Positions 13,501 through 26,840 of a stretch of DNA of 64,000 nt are shown one piece after another. This DNA comes from Chrysomallon squamiferum (taxonomy: Eukaryota > Animalia > Mollusca). Below the pieces are notes generated by a model that searched no databases, had not been told where the DNA came from, and saw only the letters and a list, made by a program, of their open reading frames with translations. How positions within the stretch are numbered: position 1 is the first letter of the stretch; every line of letters starts with the position of its first letter. The translations under genes were made by a program, and so were the position numbers. Location: assembly GCA_012295275.1 (NCBI GenBank), contig CM022665.1, forward strand, positions 248,001 through 312,000, given 5' to 3'.

Positions 13501-16273
13501 TCATATAACGATATTTTTTATTTTTACTACTGTCTGTGTTCTTTCATCATCTTCCAAAATATTTAATTTAAAAAATTGTAAAAAAACAAAACAAATTAAA
13601 TTGTACATACCTTTTATTGTGCTGTTTTCAACTTCACTTAAAGTTGAACAAGTTTTGTGACACATGATTTCCGTTGTTTCATAGGTTAAACCTGTAATTT
13701 CAGAAATATGGATAAACATAAAATGTGTAAAATTAATATCAGCTAACGTTTGTAAGAAAATAATTCTTTTTTCACCTATTATATTCATGTAGTAGTCATT
13801 CAGATTATAAAAATGCACAAAATCACAGACAGAAAACTATTTGAAAACGAAACCAGGACATTAATGAAACTCCACGCTTATCTTTTGGGATAATTTTTAA
13901 AACCAGGAAATAAAGGAGACATTTGTCTGACTTGCAATAATTCGAAATCACTGACAAACGTTCACTAATTAAAATAAATAATAGATGTTGATGTTCGTAT
14001 ATTCATTGAAAGGCATGAGTGAGGTAAAAAAATCAGGATAGGGCTCTATCAGCTACTGAAATTACTATATATCAATATTTTATAGCCGTACTAAATAATT
14101 GGATGTACAGGCAATTATTTCTTTGCTTTACAGGTATTGATTAAGAAATAAATACTTAAAAACAGGTTGTTTTACCAAACAAAACATCAGTAGATTAAGT
14201 ATATGACAGTGACTTTATAAGTTACGTTCAAGAAGGTGTAAAAGTTACAAAAGCATGAAAGATCCTCTTTATCATCTTCACCTGCTTATCACTTAGCTCT
14301 GTAAGTTCTGTAAGATGAAATCAAAACAAACATTTTAAAATTAACATCTGTGAAGTGTGGTTCGTCACACTGTTATGATTTTACATTAGATATAGGCGAT
14401 GCAGTTTTCACTAATTTTGTTTTAAAGGATCAGTTATATTCGTGATTTTTCTCGCCAGTCTAGAACCGAGATTTTTGAGTTGTAAGGATGAATTGTTCTA
14501 AGCATCCACAGACGACATCGAGATAGAAATTTCAGCGTTTTTCTTTAGATGAGTACGCGTTTCACTTTCAATACAAAATGCAAAAGTGTTTCTCCGTATC
14601 TGCAAATAACTGTCAGAAACAGAGCTTACGGATCTATTAAATACTGCTCCTTTTAATAATAATAACAGTAATAAATAAACAAACAAATAAATAAAAATAA
14701 AGATTAGAAAAAAACAAAAAACAACAAAGAACTTTACGAATACCCTCAAGTCAGACATCATTACGGGAGTGACCATGCAAATTACGTTTTAATAAAACGA
14801 GCGTCACATGTTACATAAAGAATGACACTAAACAAACAAGGTTTAATCATATAACGATATTTTATTTTTTACTACTGTCTGTGTTCTTTCATCATCTTCC
14901 AAAAATATTTAATTTAAAAAATTGTAAAAAAAACAAAACAAATTAAATTGTACATACCTTTTATTGTGCTGTTTTCAACTTCACTTAAAGTTGAACAAGT
15001 TTTGTGACATGACACACATGATTTCCGTTGTTCCTTAGGTTAAACCTGTAATTTCAAAATATGGATAAACATAAAATGTTATGAAATTAATATCAGCTAA
15101 CGTTTGTAGAAAATAATTCTTTTCACCCATTATATTCATGTAGTAGTCATTCAGATTATAAAAATGCACAAAATCACAGACAGAAAAACTATTTGAAAAC
15201 GAAACCAGACATTAATGAAACTCCACGCTTATCTTTTGGGATAATTTTTAAAACCAGGAAATAAAGGAGACATTTGTCTGACTTGCAATAATTCGAAATC
15301 ACTGACAAACGTTCACTAATTAAAATAAATAATAGATGTTGATGTTCGTATATTCATTGAAAGGCATGGTGAGGGTAAAATCCGGGATAGGGCTCTATCA
15401 GCTACTGAAATTACTATATATCAATATTTTATAGCCGTACTAAATAATAATTGGATGTACAGGCAATTATTGTTTTGTTTTACATTGATTAAGAAATAAA
15501 TACTTAAAACAGGTTGTTTACCAAACAAAGGCATCAGTAGATTAAGTATATGACAGTGACTTTATAAGTTACGTTCAAGAAAGGTGTAAAAAGTACCTAA
15601 AGCATGTAAGATCCTCTTTATCATATTCACCTGCTTATCACTTAGCTCTGTAAGTTCTGTAAGATGAAATCAAAACAAACATTTTAAAATTAACATCTGT
15701 GAAGTGTGGTTCGTCACTGTTATGATTTTACATTAGATATAGGCGATGCAGTTTTTCACTAATTTTGTTTAAAAGAATCAATTATATTCATGATTTATCT
15801 CGCCAATCTAGAACCGAGATTTTGAGTTTGTAAGGATGAATTGTTCTAAGCATCCACAGACGACATCGAGATAGAAATTTCAGCGTTTTCCTTAGATGAG
15901 TACGCGTTTCACTTTCAATACAAAATGCAAAAAGTGTTTTCTCCGTATCTGCAAATAACTGTCGAAACAGGCTTACGGATCTATTAAATCTGCTCCTTTT
16001 AATAATAATAACAGTAATAAATAAACAAACAAATAAATAAAAATAAAAAGATTAGAAAAAAACAAAAACAACAAAGAACTTTACGAATACCCTCAAGTCG
16101 GACATCATTACGGAGGGTGACCAATACACAGATACGTTTTAATAAAACAGGCGTCACATTACATAAAGAATGACACTAAAACAAACGGGTTTAATCATAT
16201 AACGATATTTTATTTTTCTACTGTCTGTGTTCTTTCATCATCTTCAAAAATTTAATTTAAAAATTGTGAAAAA

Positions 16274-16473
16274 NNNNNNNNNNNNNNNNNNNNNNNNNNN
16301 NNNNNNNNNNNNNNNNNNNNNNNNNNNNNNNNNNNNNNNNNNNNNNNNNNNNNNNNNNNNNNNNNNNNNNNNNNNNNNNNNNNNNNNNNNNNNNNNNNNN
16401 NNNNNNNNNNNNNNNNNNNNNNNNNNNNNNNNNNNNNNNNNNNNNNNNNNNNNNNNNNNNNNNNNNNNNNNNN
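16274..16473. other. Assembly gap (200 N)
   Basis: Run of N; the repeat units just left of it show many small indels typical of a low-coverage contig end. Confidence 1.
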
Positions 16474-17649
16474 ACTGGTATCATATAATTTAGATAGACT
16501 ATTTATTTATTTATTTATGTGAGGGTATCTGTGAAACCTTTAACCAGTTTTCACAGGACGGTAACAAAAAGTTACTGTTAGACACAATATGAAAAGTTTA
16601 CAGTTTTGCAAGTGGGCTCTGTAAATACAGAATATTATACATAATCTGTTCTTGTTATTGTGCTACCATTTAGATCAGCTTTATTCCTGTTGGTTTTATG
16701 GACAACGTACAGGAAAATCCAAACATTCAAGATTGACTACTGTTTAATAGGAAGAGTATTCAAAGAAAATAAACTGCAGTAGCTGTAATAAAAATAAAGA
16801 TCAGTGTATTTTTACTGTAATTAAAGTAATATATGTTAATATTATTATATTTTATATACGGCAAATTAGTATAATTACAAAATATCATTTGAAGAAGAAC
16901 CTCAAAAGAAACGATTAGCAATTTTGTAAACTGGATAAGTAGTTTGTGAGCTACGTCAAAGCAAAACTGCTAAAATGTCCGAACATGAGAAAAAGTGTGC
17001 CAGTAATTACGTTACGTCTGGAAACAAACGCAGCACAAGAAATGTCAAATGTTTTGCTGTTCTTGTACATTTACGTTTCTAGTTTCAACAATTTTTATCC
17101 AATTGTTGTCAAATTGTGAATGCTATTAAACAGACACTTTGAAAGTCAACTATGAACATTATATTATCCAATGTAATGAAACTGACATTATTTGCATATA
17201 ATATAGACACGCACGGACCCATCTCTCCACACAGAAAGTGAAAATAGTGTATTGCTCCCGTAACATATAAAAACAAAGTTATACATAGTTGATCCCTACT
17301 TGATAAAGATAAATAATTATGTGTTATATAGAGTATAAAGTATACTAAATATTATATTTGATTTTAATAATAAAAAGTGTAACAATGTAAAACCAATAGA
17401 CGAATGAATTGTTTCCAGCCCCTACAAATATAATGCAACTAACAACCCATCACCCTAACAAATATGGAATAAATTTGCCAGTCATTTTGAAAGAGAGCAG
17501 CGGAGTATTCCATTAAAGTATTGAAGGCAGTTCATATTTTCATAAATTACGCTAAAATTTTATTAAATATCAAAAATTATTCATACATAAAATAAATAGC
17601 ATTAAACAAATATAGATTTTGCATTTTCAAGTCAGTGATTACATAATGG

Positions 17650-18030
17650 CAATTAATCGTCTCCTGAATTATACAAGCTATTTTCACTACTGCGGACGAA
17701 CAATCCGCCATTTAGTACATGTTCGCCGTGTGTTCGGTTCAAAAACTGTCCTAGTAGTACTTCAGCCCACCATTATTTTGATCTAGAACTAATATATACT
17801 TGTTCAGGAGATATGTATTTACATAATAGGAATATGAATTTAATTTAATCGTCTTCTGAATTATACAAGATATTTTCACTATTGCAGACGAAAAATCCGC
17901 CATTTCAATATTTGTTCGCCGTGTGTTCGGTTCAAGAACTTTGCAAGTAGTACTTCAACCCAACATTATTTTGATCTAGAACTAATATTACACTTCTTCA
18001 GAAGATGTTTATTTACATAATAGGAATAGT
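17650..18030. repeat. About 190-bp direct tandem duplication (2 copies)
   Basis: ttaatcgtct.ctgaattatacaag...gttcgccgtgtgttcggttcaa...gatctagaactaatat occurs twice. Confidence 0.85.
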
Positions 18031-18479
18031 GATATAAATTTAATTACATTTTATTCCAGTAAAATTTAGTTTTTGCTTCTTTCTTCGAACGATTACAGGT
18101 TAAAAAGAACTCTGACGTTGTTTTCACTGTGATCACGTAATGCAAACAGGATTTTCCTTCAGAATTAATGCTCATTGGTTTATTTGTATGGAGTTGCTGA
18201 ATGCATAATCGTTTGTTGAAGTGAACCATTTCTTGGCAGCACAAACACACACAAAAAAAAATATAAAAAAATGGAAACGCGCGTGTTGATTATCTCACTG
18301 TTTTATGTGCTTTATATATCTAAAACAAGTATTAGTAACATAACACAATTACAGTATTATATTTTAATGACATTTAATGAACACTTTTGTTAATTTCTCT
18401 AAATAATATTAAAGCTCATTATGTACAATTTGAAAAACAAAGGAATTCGCGTAACGTCATCTTGGTTTAGCAATAAAGA

Positions 18480-18880
18480 TACAAGCATCAATATCTATAA
18501 CCTATTTTAATTAATGAATATCACTCAGTGATTTCGAAATATTGCAAGTCAGACAAATGTCTCCCACACTTCCTTGCTTCAAAATTTATCATAAAAGGTA
18601 ATCTCGAAGTTTCATTAATGTTCTGGTTTCCTTGTCAAATAGTTTGTCTGTCTGTGACTTTGTGCATTTTTCTAATTTGAATGATTACTACATGAATATA
18701 ATAGGTGAAAAATAATTATTTTCAAATAAACGTTAGCTGATGTTAATTTTACCCATTTTATTTGAATTCATTTTTCTGAAATTACAGGTTTAACCCGTGA
18801 ACTAATGAAAATCATGCTACAGAGAACTTGTTCCCTATTAAATGCTGTTCAAAACATCACAATAGAAGTGCGTACAAAAC
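18480..18880 (+). repeat. Inverted, diverged partial copy of the 1.345-kb unit including the 81-nt cassette (18788-18868)
   Basis: cagtgatttcgaaatattgcaagtcagacaaatgtctcc is the reverse complement of the unit; cassette reads LTRELMKIMLQRTCSLLNAVQNITIE. Confidence 0.8.
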
Positions 18881-19669
18881 AAAACCTGCATACAATGTTA
18901 AATTAATACTCTGGACCAGGACATTAATGAAGTTCTGAGATAACTCTTCATGATACATTTGTGAATAAGGAAGCAACAAAGACACATAATACATACTCAC
19001 TAATTAATAAAACGTTCAAGATGTTGATGTTTGTATGTTTATTAAAAGACACGCGTGGTAGGGTCGTGTGAGCTACTAAAATTACGAGATAACCGTCCTC
19101 AAGTGAGACATCCTTCCAGAGTAGAATTAGACAGTTATGTTCTTATTCAAAAGTAAATTGCTGCTGAACTTACTACCAGTTTAATCTGATAACATTCAGT
19201 TTATAAATTACAACTTATCAAACAAAACTGTGTTCTTTCATCACAGTTAAGAAAACATTAAACTAAAAATTTTTACCTCTAGATGAATCTCCTGTGTTTT
19301 TCACTTTTGGTGACTTTGTACTGTAGTGCAGCGTCCACGGACAGTTTGACATTCCCATTTTCGTCTGTTTATCTTTTAGATCTCTACTTCTGTAATATGA
19401 AATTAAAATAAACATTTTAGAATTAACATCACTGGAGCCTTGGTCACCCTATTTCCAGCTGGCCTGTTTAGCATTGTAGAATACTACTATGACATTTTAT
19501 AGCTGTAAATATTATTCACAAATTTTATGTTTGAGATCTAAAATCTGATAAAAGTAAAAGATATTCAAATGAATACAAATTTATCTGACTCGTCTTTCTT
19601 TATTTATCGGAGACTAACAAGCTCAGAAAATTCCTGTAGGAGAAGATGGGTTCCTTTCAAATGAATTAA

Positions 19670-19717
19670 ATCCCGGAAATATTTTAGTCCGTTGTAAGCA
19701 ACAGAGGTTTCGGTTTC
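19670..19717. promoter_or_regulatory. Degenerate STAT/GAS-like site plus ISRE/IRF-like element in the putative first intron of copy A
   Basis: atcccggaa at 19670-19678 and GGTTTCGGTTTC at 19706-19717; positionally homologous to 62738-62775. Confidence 0.4.
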
Positions 19718-20440
19718 AGAAAAGAAAGAAATAACACGTAAATATGTTATAAAGTTAGCAACATAAATTTAATAATTTTAAATATTTGCCTTAGCACTTA
19801 CGCTATAAACTCCTATTAATAAAAATGATATTCAACAGAAACGGGTCAAAATTTATGACCTTCAGCTATTGTTTGTAACAAATTATCTGAATATAATAAT
19901 ATATGTTAAAACCTAATTAATATTTCAAACACAGGTCATGTTATTAAACTATTAACTAAATCCAAGTTCTACGTGCCTATTACCTATACAATCGAATGTT
20001 TTACGTCACTCACTGAATCGAATAAAATCGACGAGAAAAGCTTCGTTATTAGCTGTGAACATTTACACAACGTAAACAAGGAGGTAATGTTAAAATCAGT
20101 TTCATACATTTCCAAAAAACATAAATCTATCTACCGAAATAAATATATATTTACAGGCATATATTATTAGATAGACAAAACTGTTGTTAAAATATTTATA
20201 AACTTACTTAAATTCCTAGTAACATTGTTTCTGTAAAGAACAGCTCAAACTCTTGGATATATTAAAAAGATACACAACACAATGTATACGGGTTGTTTCG
20301 ACCTCGTAACGATCAGGTTCTCAAATTACATGTACAAAAGTGATATAAATAAACATGTTAACATTCCAGAAATCTAACTGCTATTGAGAATACTCTCGTA
20401 ACTTACTAGATATATAAAACCGTTATTAAATTTGTTGTAA

Positions 20441-20600
20441 ACTTACCTAAATTCCGAATCAAATTATTTCCGTAAAGAACAGCTCAGACACTTCGATACA
20501 TTAGAAAAAGACAACAATCTGGGTCGTTTCTATGTCGTAACGATCACGTGACTGAAATTACGTGTACAAAGTGATATAAATAAACTTGGCGACTTTGAAC
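20441..20600 (-). promoter_or_regulatory. Putative promoter and non-coding first exon of copy A; a degenerate tandem copy lies at about 20200-20360
   Basis: AG|GTAAGT donor at 20446-20441; TCACGTGA E-box at 20544-20551; homologous to 63274-63430. Confidence 0.5.
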
Positions 20601-21623
20601 CGCTAGTAAGAAAAATATCATAATCTAGGCAACAAACATAATTTAATTTAATTTAGTTTAGTTTAATTTAGTTTAATTTAATTTAATTTAACTTATTTTT
20701 TATTTATTTATTTATTTATTTATTTGTTTATTTACCTGAGTACATTATATTTTATTCTAGTAAAAGTTGACGTAGGCGCAAACATTATTTATTTATTTAT
20801 TTATATTTACTTCTTTTTTTCTTTTTCTTAAATACAGATGAAGATGAACTTATGCTTTTATTTACATTAGTAATATTTCTAAATTGACTTTTGACTGAAA
20901 ACTTGATTTCATCTTTCGGGGTTGCAAATCTAAGTCTTCTAAGTTATAGACTGGCACAGCGTACAGACTCATTATTTTTTTTTTATTGTTTTCTTTTTTC
21001 CTTTTACTTATTTAACAAAGAATTAATAATAATAAGTTATTAAATTTCCACTCTACTTCATCTTTTTTAAATTGACTAAAGTTTAAATTTAAAAGTATAA
21101 CCGAGACGATCAAATGATAATTATTTTCTGTTACACTTTTTCTACATCAGAATGTTCTTTTTTCTTGTTACTGAGGTTCCTTTTTCTTTTCTTCTTCTTC
21201 CTTTTTTATTTTTCCTTTTTTTTATTTTAGAAGATTAGATTACAGTTTTGTAAATAAATCTTTTAAATCATATACCTTAAAGTTCTTGGTAATTTTTTGT
21301 TGTGATTTCAGATGGTTTATAGGTAAGTAAATTTGTATAGCTAGTATCAAATTAAAATCGTCACATATCATATATTATTTTGTTGAATTGTTCAGTACAG
21401 TCTAAAATATGTTTAAAAACAACAACAACAACAATTTTGTAGTGTTTTAATTAGTACCATATATATTCACAAGATATTCTTTCCTAATTATATGTATTGC
21501 AGTTTTAACTTCTTTTTAAAACATCAGTTAACCATTCTTAATTTCGACATTTTCCCCAACGAAAGAAATTTTAAAAGGAAGACGAACAACATAAAATAAA
21601 CACGTTTCTTGACCAAGTATTAA

Positions 21624-21680
<57 letters not shown>

Positions 21681-22220
21681 CATACTGTTAATAATAATGC
21701 TAATAATAATAAATAAGAGAATTAAAGGAAAGTAAGAAGGTAACTAAAAAACATTTTTAAGGTAGAAAGCAAGGAAAAAGAAAATATAATAAGAAAAACA
21801 AACAAGTAAACATTTTGAAATAAACAAACAAACAAATATATAAAGTTATTTAGCTTGGTCATGTAATTTATTATCTCTGTCTCTCTCACCCTCCCACACA
21901 CACACCCCCCACACACACACACACACAGATACATACACACACAAGTACATAATTGTATGTAATTTGAACTTGTTTTAAAAATATCGGTTAATTATTTTTA
22001 ATTGTGACATCTCCAACGAATTTTTAGGGCAGAAAGGAAGTAAAAATAAAATAAGAAAAACAACAAACAACTTAGCTTTTTGATAAAAGGGCCCGGTTTC
22101 CCATCCTCATAATCATTTGTAATTTATAAAATAAAACCATTTTAACTGTAATTGTAAAATACTTAAAATAACAAACAAACAAATACATAAAGTTAGTTAG
22201 CGTGATCATGTAATTTATTA

Positions 22221-22254
<34 letters not shown>

Positions 22255-23812
22255 GCACACTGTTCAGTAATGTATGTAAGGTATATCAAGTATCGCAGGG
22301 CGTAGCCTGAAGGGTGGGGCCAGGAATCACTTGCTATTAAACTCCATTGATATCTGTGAGCTGATTTTATGGTAAAGTTATCTGATACGTCCTTGATAAT
22401 AATAATAAAAACAACAACAATAATAACAATTGCAGTATCAACAACAACAACAATAACAATAACGATAATAATAATAACAATAGCAACAACAATTATAATA
22501 ATAATGTTAATTTTTGTTAATAATAATAATAATTATGAAAATGATGATGGAAATAATAACATAGAAATATATCATTCGTAACATAAGAACACGACATTTT
22601 TATTTTTTCAAACTATTTTATTTCTTGTTACAGTTTTCTACAATGAACAACACTAAAATAATACTTTTTGCAATGTATCGTAAAACTGTTCAAGAAAATT
22701 CTACCAGTGAACAAACACTTGACTGAACACCAGTAGTTACTTTTATTATTGTTTTGAATACACTGCTGTATATATTTATAACCTATTATGTTAAAGTAGA
22801 CTTCTACTGATTTGAGAGATATACATTTCAATGGGTCATGAATGCTTTGTACTGTGGGGTCTCGCATGTATATCTGTATTAATTTCTCGTACAGTTTTTG
22901 TTTACTGTTAAAGAGGGTACGTGGGTTAACGAATAAATATACTGCCATATAATTATGTACATCGTAAATTTACAAGAGATTATCTTACTAGAATGAACCC
23001 ATGGCAGTACAAACCAAATGCTTTAATATATTTAATTTGCCATGAAAATATGTAATCAAATATGTGTCGACACGATTGTTCAGTGGTTCTCATTCTTTAT
23101 TAATAATAAAATATGATAACAATAAAACAACTCCAGGTTATTCAAAGGAAGCTACATCATATACATAAATGTAAAATAATAAGGGTATGTGGCTGTATGT
23201 TTGTATGTATGTGCGCGTGTCTTCGTGTGTAGTTAATTTAAAGTAAAGAATTTATTAGGCAGTTTCATGCGTGGTTTTAGTGTTGTGTCCCGCTATAAAT
23301 AACATACAGATTAAATACGTATTTATACTAATATGCAACATGTGTGTAATGTGTGTGTGCGTGCGTGTGTGTGTGTGTATATGTATGTGTGTCTATATGT
23401 ATATATACACACACACACACATATATATATAAACAGTTTTATCTGAATGTCAGTATGTATATCTCTTTATGGTGTGTACACTTTCATATAGGTAAATATA
23501 GGTAGATATAAATGAATATATGAAAATGTGTGGGTGTGTATGTGAAGTAGCTATGCAGTGTGTATTGATTACAATTAGACAAACATCACATTTAAAATCA
23601 ATGTTTATTTACACACTCTCTGTAAATCTACGAATTCAATCTAGTATTTTAATGAATAAATGTTATCCTTGAAAGAAAACTATGATAATAATATTATAGC
23701 AAACAACAATAAGCATATTATACGCTCGATGTTTGTAATTTGGATGTTTGTCTCATGACGTCATCTACGTATCTGTCTGTTAATGGAGATATAAGAAACA
23801 TATCCAGTGACG

Positions 23813-23993
23813 TCATCGGGAGTCGAGGTTAAACGACTGTATCTGATCGATGGCGTGTTGGAGTACCTCGAGTTCTCCTTTGAGGTTACGTGCCACGCAG
23901 TGTAACATGCCCTTGCTGTTCAGCTTCTGCACAGACTGAGTATATGGATCGTATCTAACTTCATACGGACGTTTGATAGTGGCAGCATAATTC
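23813..23993 (-). CDS. Terminal coding exon of a biopterin-dependent aromatic amino-acid hydroxylase (PAH/TH/TPH family)
   Basis: NYAATIKRPYEVRYDPYTQSVQKL...ELEVLQHAIDQI resembles PAH NFAATIPRPFSVRYDPYTQ plus the tetramerisation helix; TTTTAG|G phase-2 acceptor; TGA at 23813; AATAAA at 23609-23604. Confidence 0.9.
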
Positions 23994-24602
23994 CTAAAAC
24001 TAAAATTAAAATTTATACTTAAAAACATGTCATTTGCTTTTCAGTTGTTGGTCGAAATGTGACGTAAACAGAATACGAACTATATTAAGCGGCTGTAGTC
24101 AGTTTTACTAACTATTAACAAATTAGAAGGTAGCTACTGATATGAAACTTTTTAAGGCTATGAACAGTTTTAATGAACTTGATTATGAACTGTGACGACC
24201 AAACGCTAACCTTTCCGTTAAACTATTGTATTTGTGCCGATAACAACTCCGCTGTTTTATGATAGTAACATTTCACAATGTCACAAGTACATTATTGTAA
24301 GCCAGACTATTTGTTAGCTGTATATGTGAACTTACCTTTTGTACCCTACTTTTTTATTTACGAAAGACTGAGCTGAGAATAAACAGAAAAGCAATGAAAA
24401 CCGCTTTAGAAAAAACAGTTTGTATGTGTACATATATCAGATTGCCAATAGCAGCTTGAAAACTTCCACACAAAACAGAAGGATGTCATGATTAGCTGTG
24501 ACTTTATTTGTACCCAGATAATGTAAGAGTTCAGCAAATCCAATTTTTAAATACTAATTTTTATATGAAGAGAGAATCGATTGTATTTTGTATTTTTAAA
24601 TT

Positions 24603-24604
<2 letters not shown>

Positions 24605-24659
<55 letters not shown>

Positions 24660-24799
24660 GTTATTACTGTTATTGTTACTAATACTATTACTACTACTAT
24701 TATTTCTTCTTATTATTATTATTATTGTTTTTATTAAAAAAAATGTATTACTATTATTATTATTATCATCATCAGTAGTGGTAGTAATAGTAGTAGTAA

Positions 24800-24866
<67 letters not shown>
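24605..24866. repeat. Compound (TTA)n/(GTA)n microsatellite
   Basis: Direct reading. Confidence 0.95.
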
Positions 24867-25278
24867 CAGTGAAAAGAACGCTGAATATCCGCATATCAAC
24901 GTCTGTTGACACGATATTCTGTAAAGGACAGTCCCAGCTTTTGAGCTCTCTCTCTCATTGATCCTGCATCACTCAAACAGGACATTAATTTATCATTTTT
25001 AGGGTTCTCTTGTTTCAGCACGTATAAAAATTAATATTAAAATTTCATATACTGAATGAAAACATGTACCGTGTATGCAGCATATACGGAGCATTTAAAA
25101 GTTAGCCGGCATTACCTTATAGTGATATTTGAAAAATCAACATTTCTAAGTATATTTTGTACATTTTATACTACTTTTTATAATTTAGTTCATCATTAAA
25201 TATGCTTTAGGTTACGTTAAAAATAAATGTCGCAAACATTTAAAAATGTTTTTCTTCTTCTTCTTCTTCTTCTTATTG

Positions 25279-25326
<48 letters not shown>

Positions 25327-25519
25327 GTATTAGTATTATTTAGTCAATTCGTTGCCTTTGAAGTGGACAGAAAAGACGACAACGACGGACAAAAAGACTG
25401 CAGTCACACCATACCAGCACCACCCACTCACACAGCTGTTAGCCATGGTTGGAAAATGTCTCGGTGTATCCTGTAACCTTGTTTCTGAAATAACCGCTTT
25501 ATTATCAATATATATTGTT

Positions 25520-25524
<5 letters not shown>

Positions 25525-25615
<91 letters not shown>
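25525..25615. repeat. (GA)n microsatellite
   Basis: Direct reading. Confidence 0.98.
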
Positions 25616-25617
<2 letters not shown>

Positions 25618-26305
25618 AAATGCCAATATAGATATCAAATGGCTAAGATGTTCGACCAGATTTACTAAGAATGAAACAGTTTGGGTCACGTTAATCTGAA
25701 TAATTTTTCATATGCTGATATTTACTTTATAATGGATTTAGTAACAGGTTTGCAGAAAGCGAAGTTAATTTTACGAATATTTGTCTTTCTCTCTGTGAGA
25801 AAAACCATTACATTCGTGCAGACGGAATTAATATAATCAGACTTGATCTGATAGAGCAGAATATTCATTCCTAAATACACAGTTATTGAGAATTTCCTAT
25901 AAGCTTAGATGATTATGTAATTTAGATTTTTACATAGATAGTCTAACATAGATAATAACTGACAAATATGATTTCATTTGTTTATTAGTTTATTTCTTTT
26001 GAAAAATGTCTACAATGAACAACAGTAAAACAATATTTTAAACAAATTATTACTCTGAAAATAAATATAATTTAGATGGTTATTATTATTTTTTGATATA
26101 AAAGAATTAAACTGCCGAACAAAATAATTTACAAAAGTTGTTATCTATGACAATATGGTTTATCATAAAACTGTTCAAAAAATAATTTTACCAGTCGACA
26201 AAAACATGACTGAACAACAATAATTATCTTTATTATTGGTTTGGACACGCTAAAGAAAATATGTATTACCTACTCTTTTAATGTGTATATCTCTATAAAC
26301 ATTTC

Positions 26306-26360
<55 letters not shown>

Positions 26361-26551
26361 TCAAAATTGTATGTTTAAAATTAATTAGTTATTCTATGAA
26401 ATATGAAACTAAAGTGATAGACCTGACCATGTAAGTAAAAAACGAAATAAACTCAAACAAATCAATTCATACTCTTTGTTACATGATTCACAGGTGAACT
26501 AAAGTTCATCTCATCGTCATTTTAAAACATTTGAAAACAGATTAACACAGC

Positions 26552-26840
26552 TAGGGTTAGGGTTAGATTCTTTATTAGGATTAGGGTTCGCAATAGGGTT
26601 AAATTAAATTATCTGTTTACCGCAATGCAGTTTTCGTATATAACCTGGTGTTAAAATTAAAACAACTTTTATTTCAAAATATTAACTTGGGAAAGTTTAT
26701 TAGGATTGTTGGTATAACATTGGTTAATTTATCATATTGCTAGAAGTAAGATTATATCTAGGGTAAGGTTTAGGGTTAATGTTAGCATCAGGGTTATGTT
26801 TAGTGTTAGTGTTAGGTTGAGGTTTAGCATTATGGTTAGA
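26552..26840 (+). repeat. Two patches of degenerate TTAGGG-like hexamers
   Basis: tagggttagggttag...ttagggtt; gggtaaggtttagggttaatgttag...ttagtgttagtgttagg. Confidence 0.6.

Larger units (their letters stand above)
5000..16273 (-). repeat. Tandem array 1 of the 1.345-kb exon-bearing unit (about 7.5 near-identical units plus degenerate left edge; truncated by the gap)
   Basis: Landmark tacataccttttattg recurs near 6886, 8228, 9572, 10926, 12269, 13611, 14958 (spacing 1342-1354). Confidence 0.95.

Noticed and set aside
5000-16273. Array as rDNA, 5S, histone, snRNA cluster or transposon tandem
   Set aside because: No recognisable RNA gene, histone ORF, terminal repeats or transposase in the unit
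16227-16493. ORFs spanning the X run
   Set aside because: Artefact of the N gap
24336-24400. Possible penultimate hydroxylase exon (..SAQSFVNKKVGYKR ending in a phase-2 AG|GTAAGT donor)
   Set aside because: Only AQSF resembles AESF; spacing to the Arg is off by one and the expected YQP-YF motif is absent; probably chance, though the donor could be checked in RNA-seq
24508-25699. ORFs with poly-L, V, T, N and ER/SL runs (also 59-612, 27662-27991, 36257-37396)
   Set aside because: Translations of microsatellites
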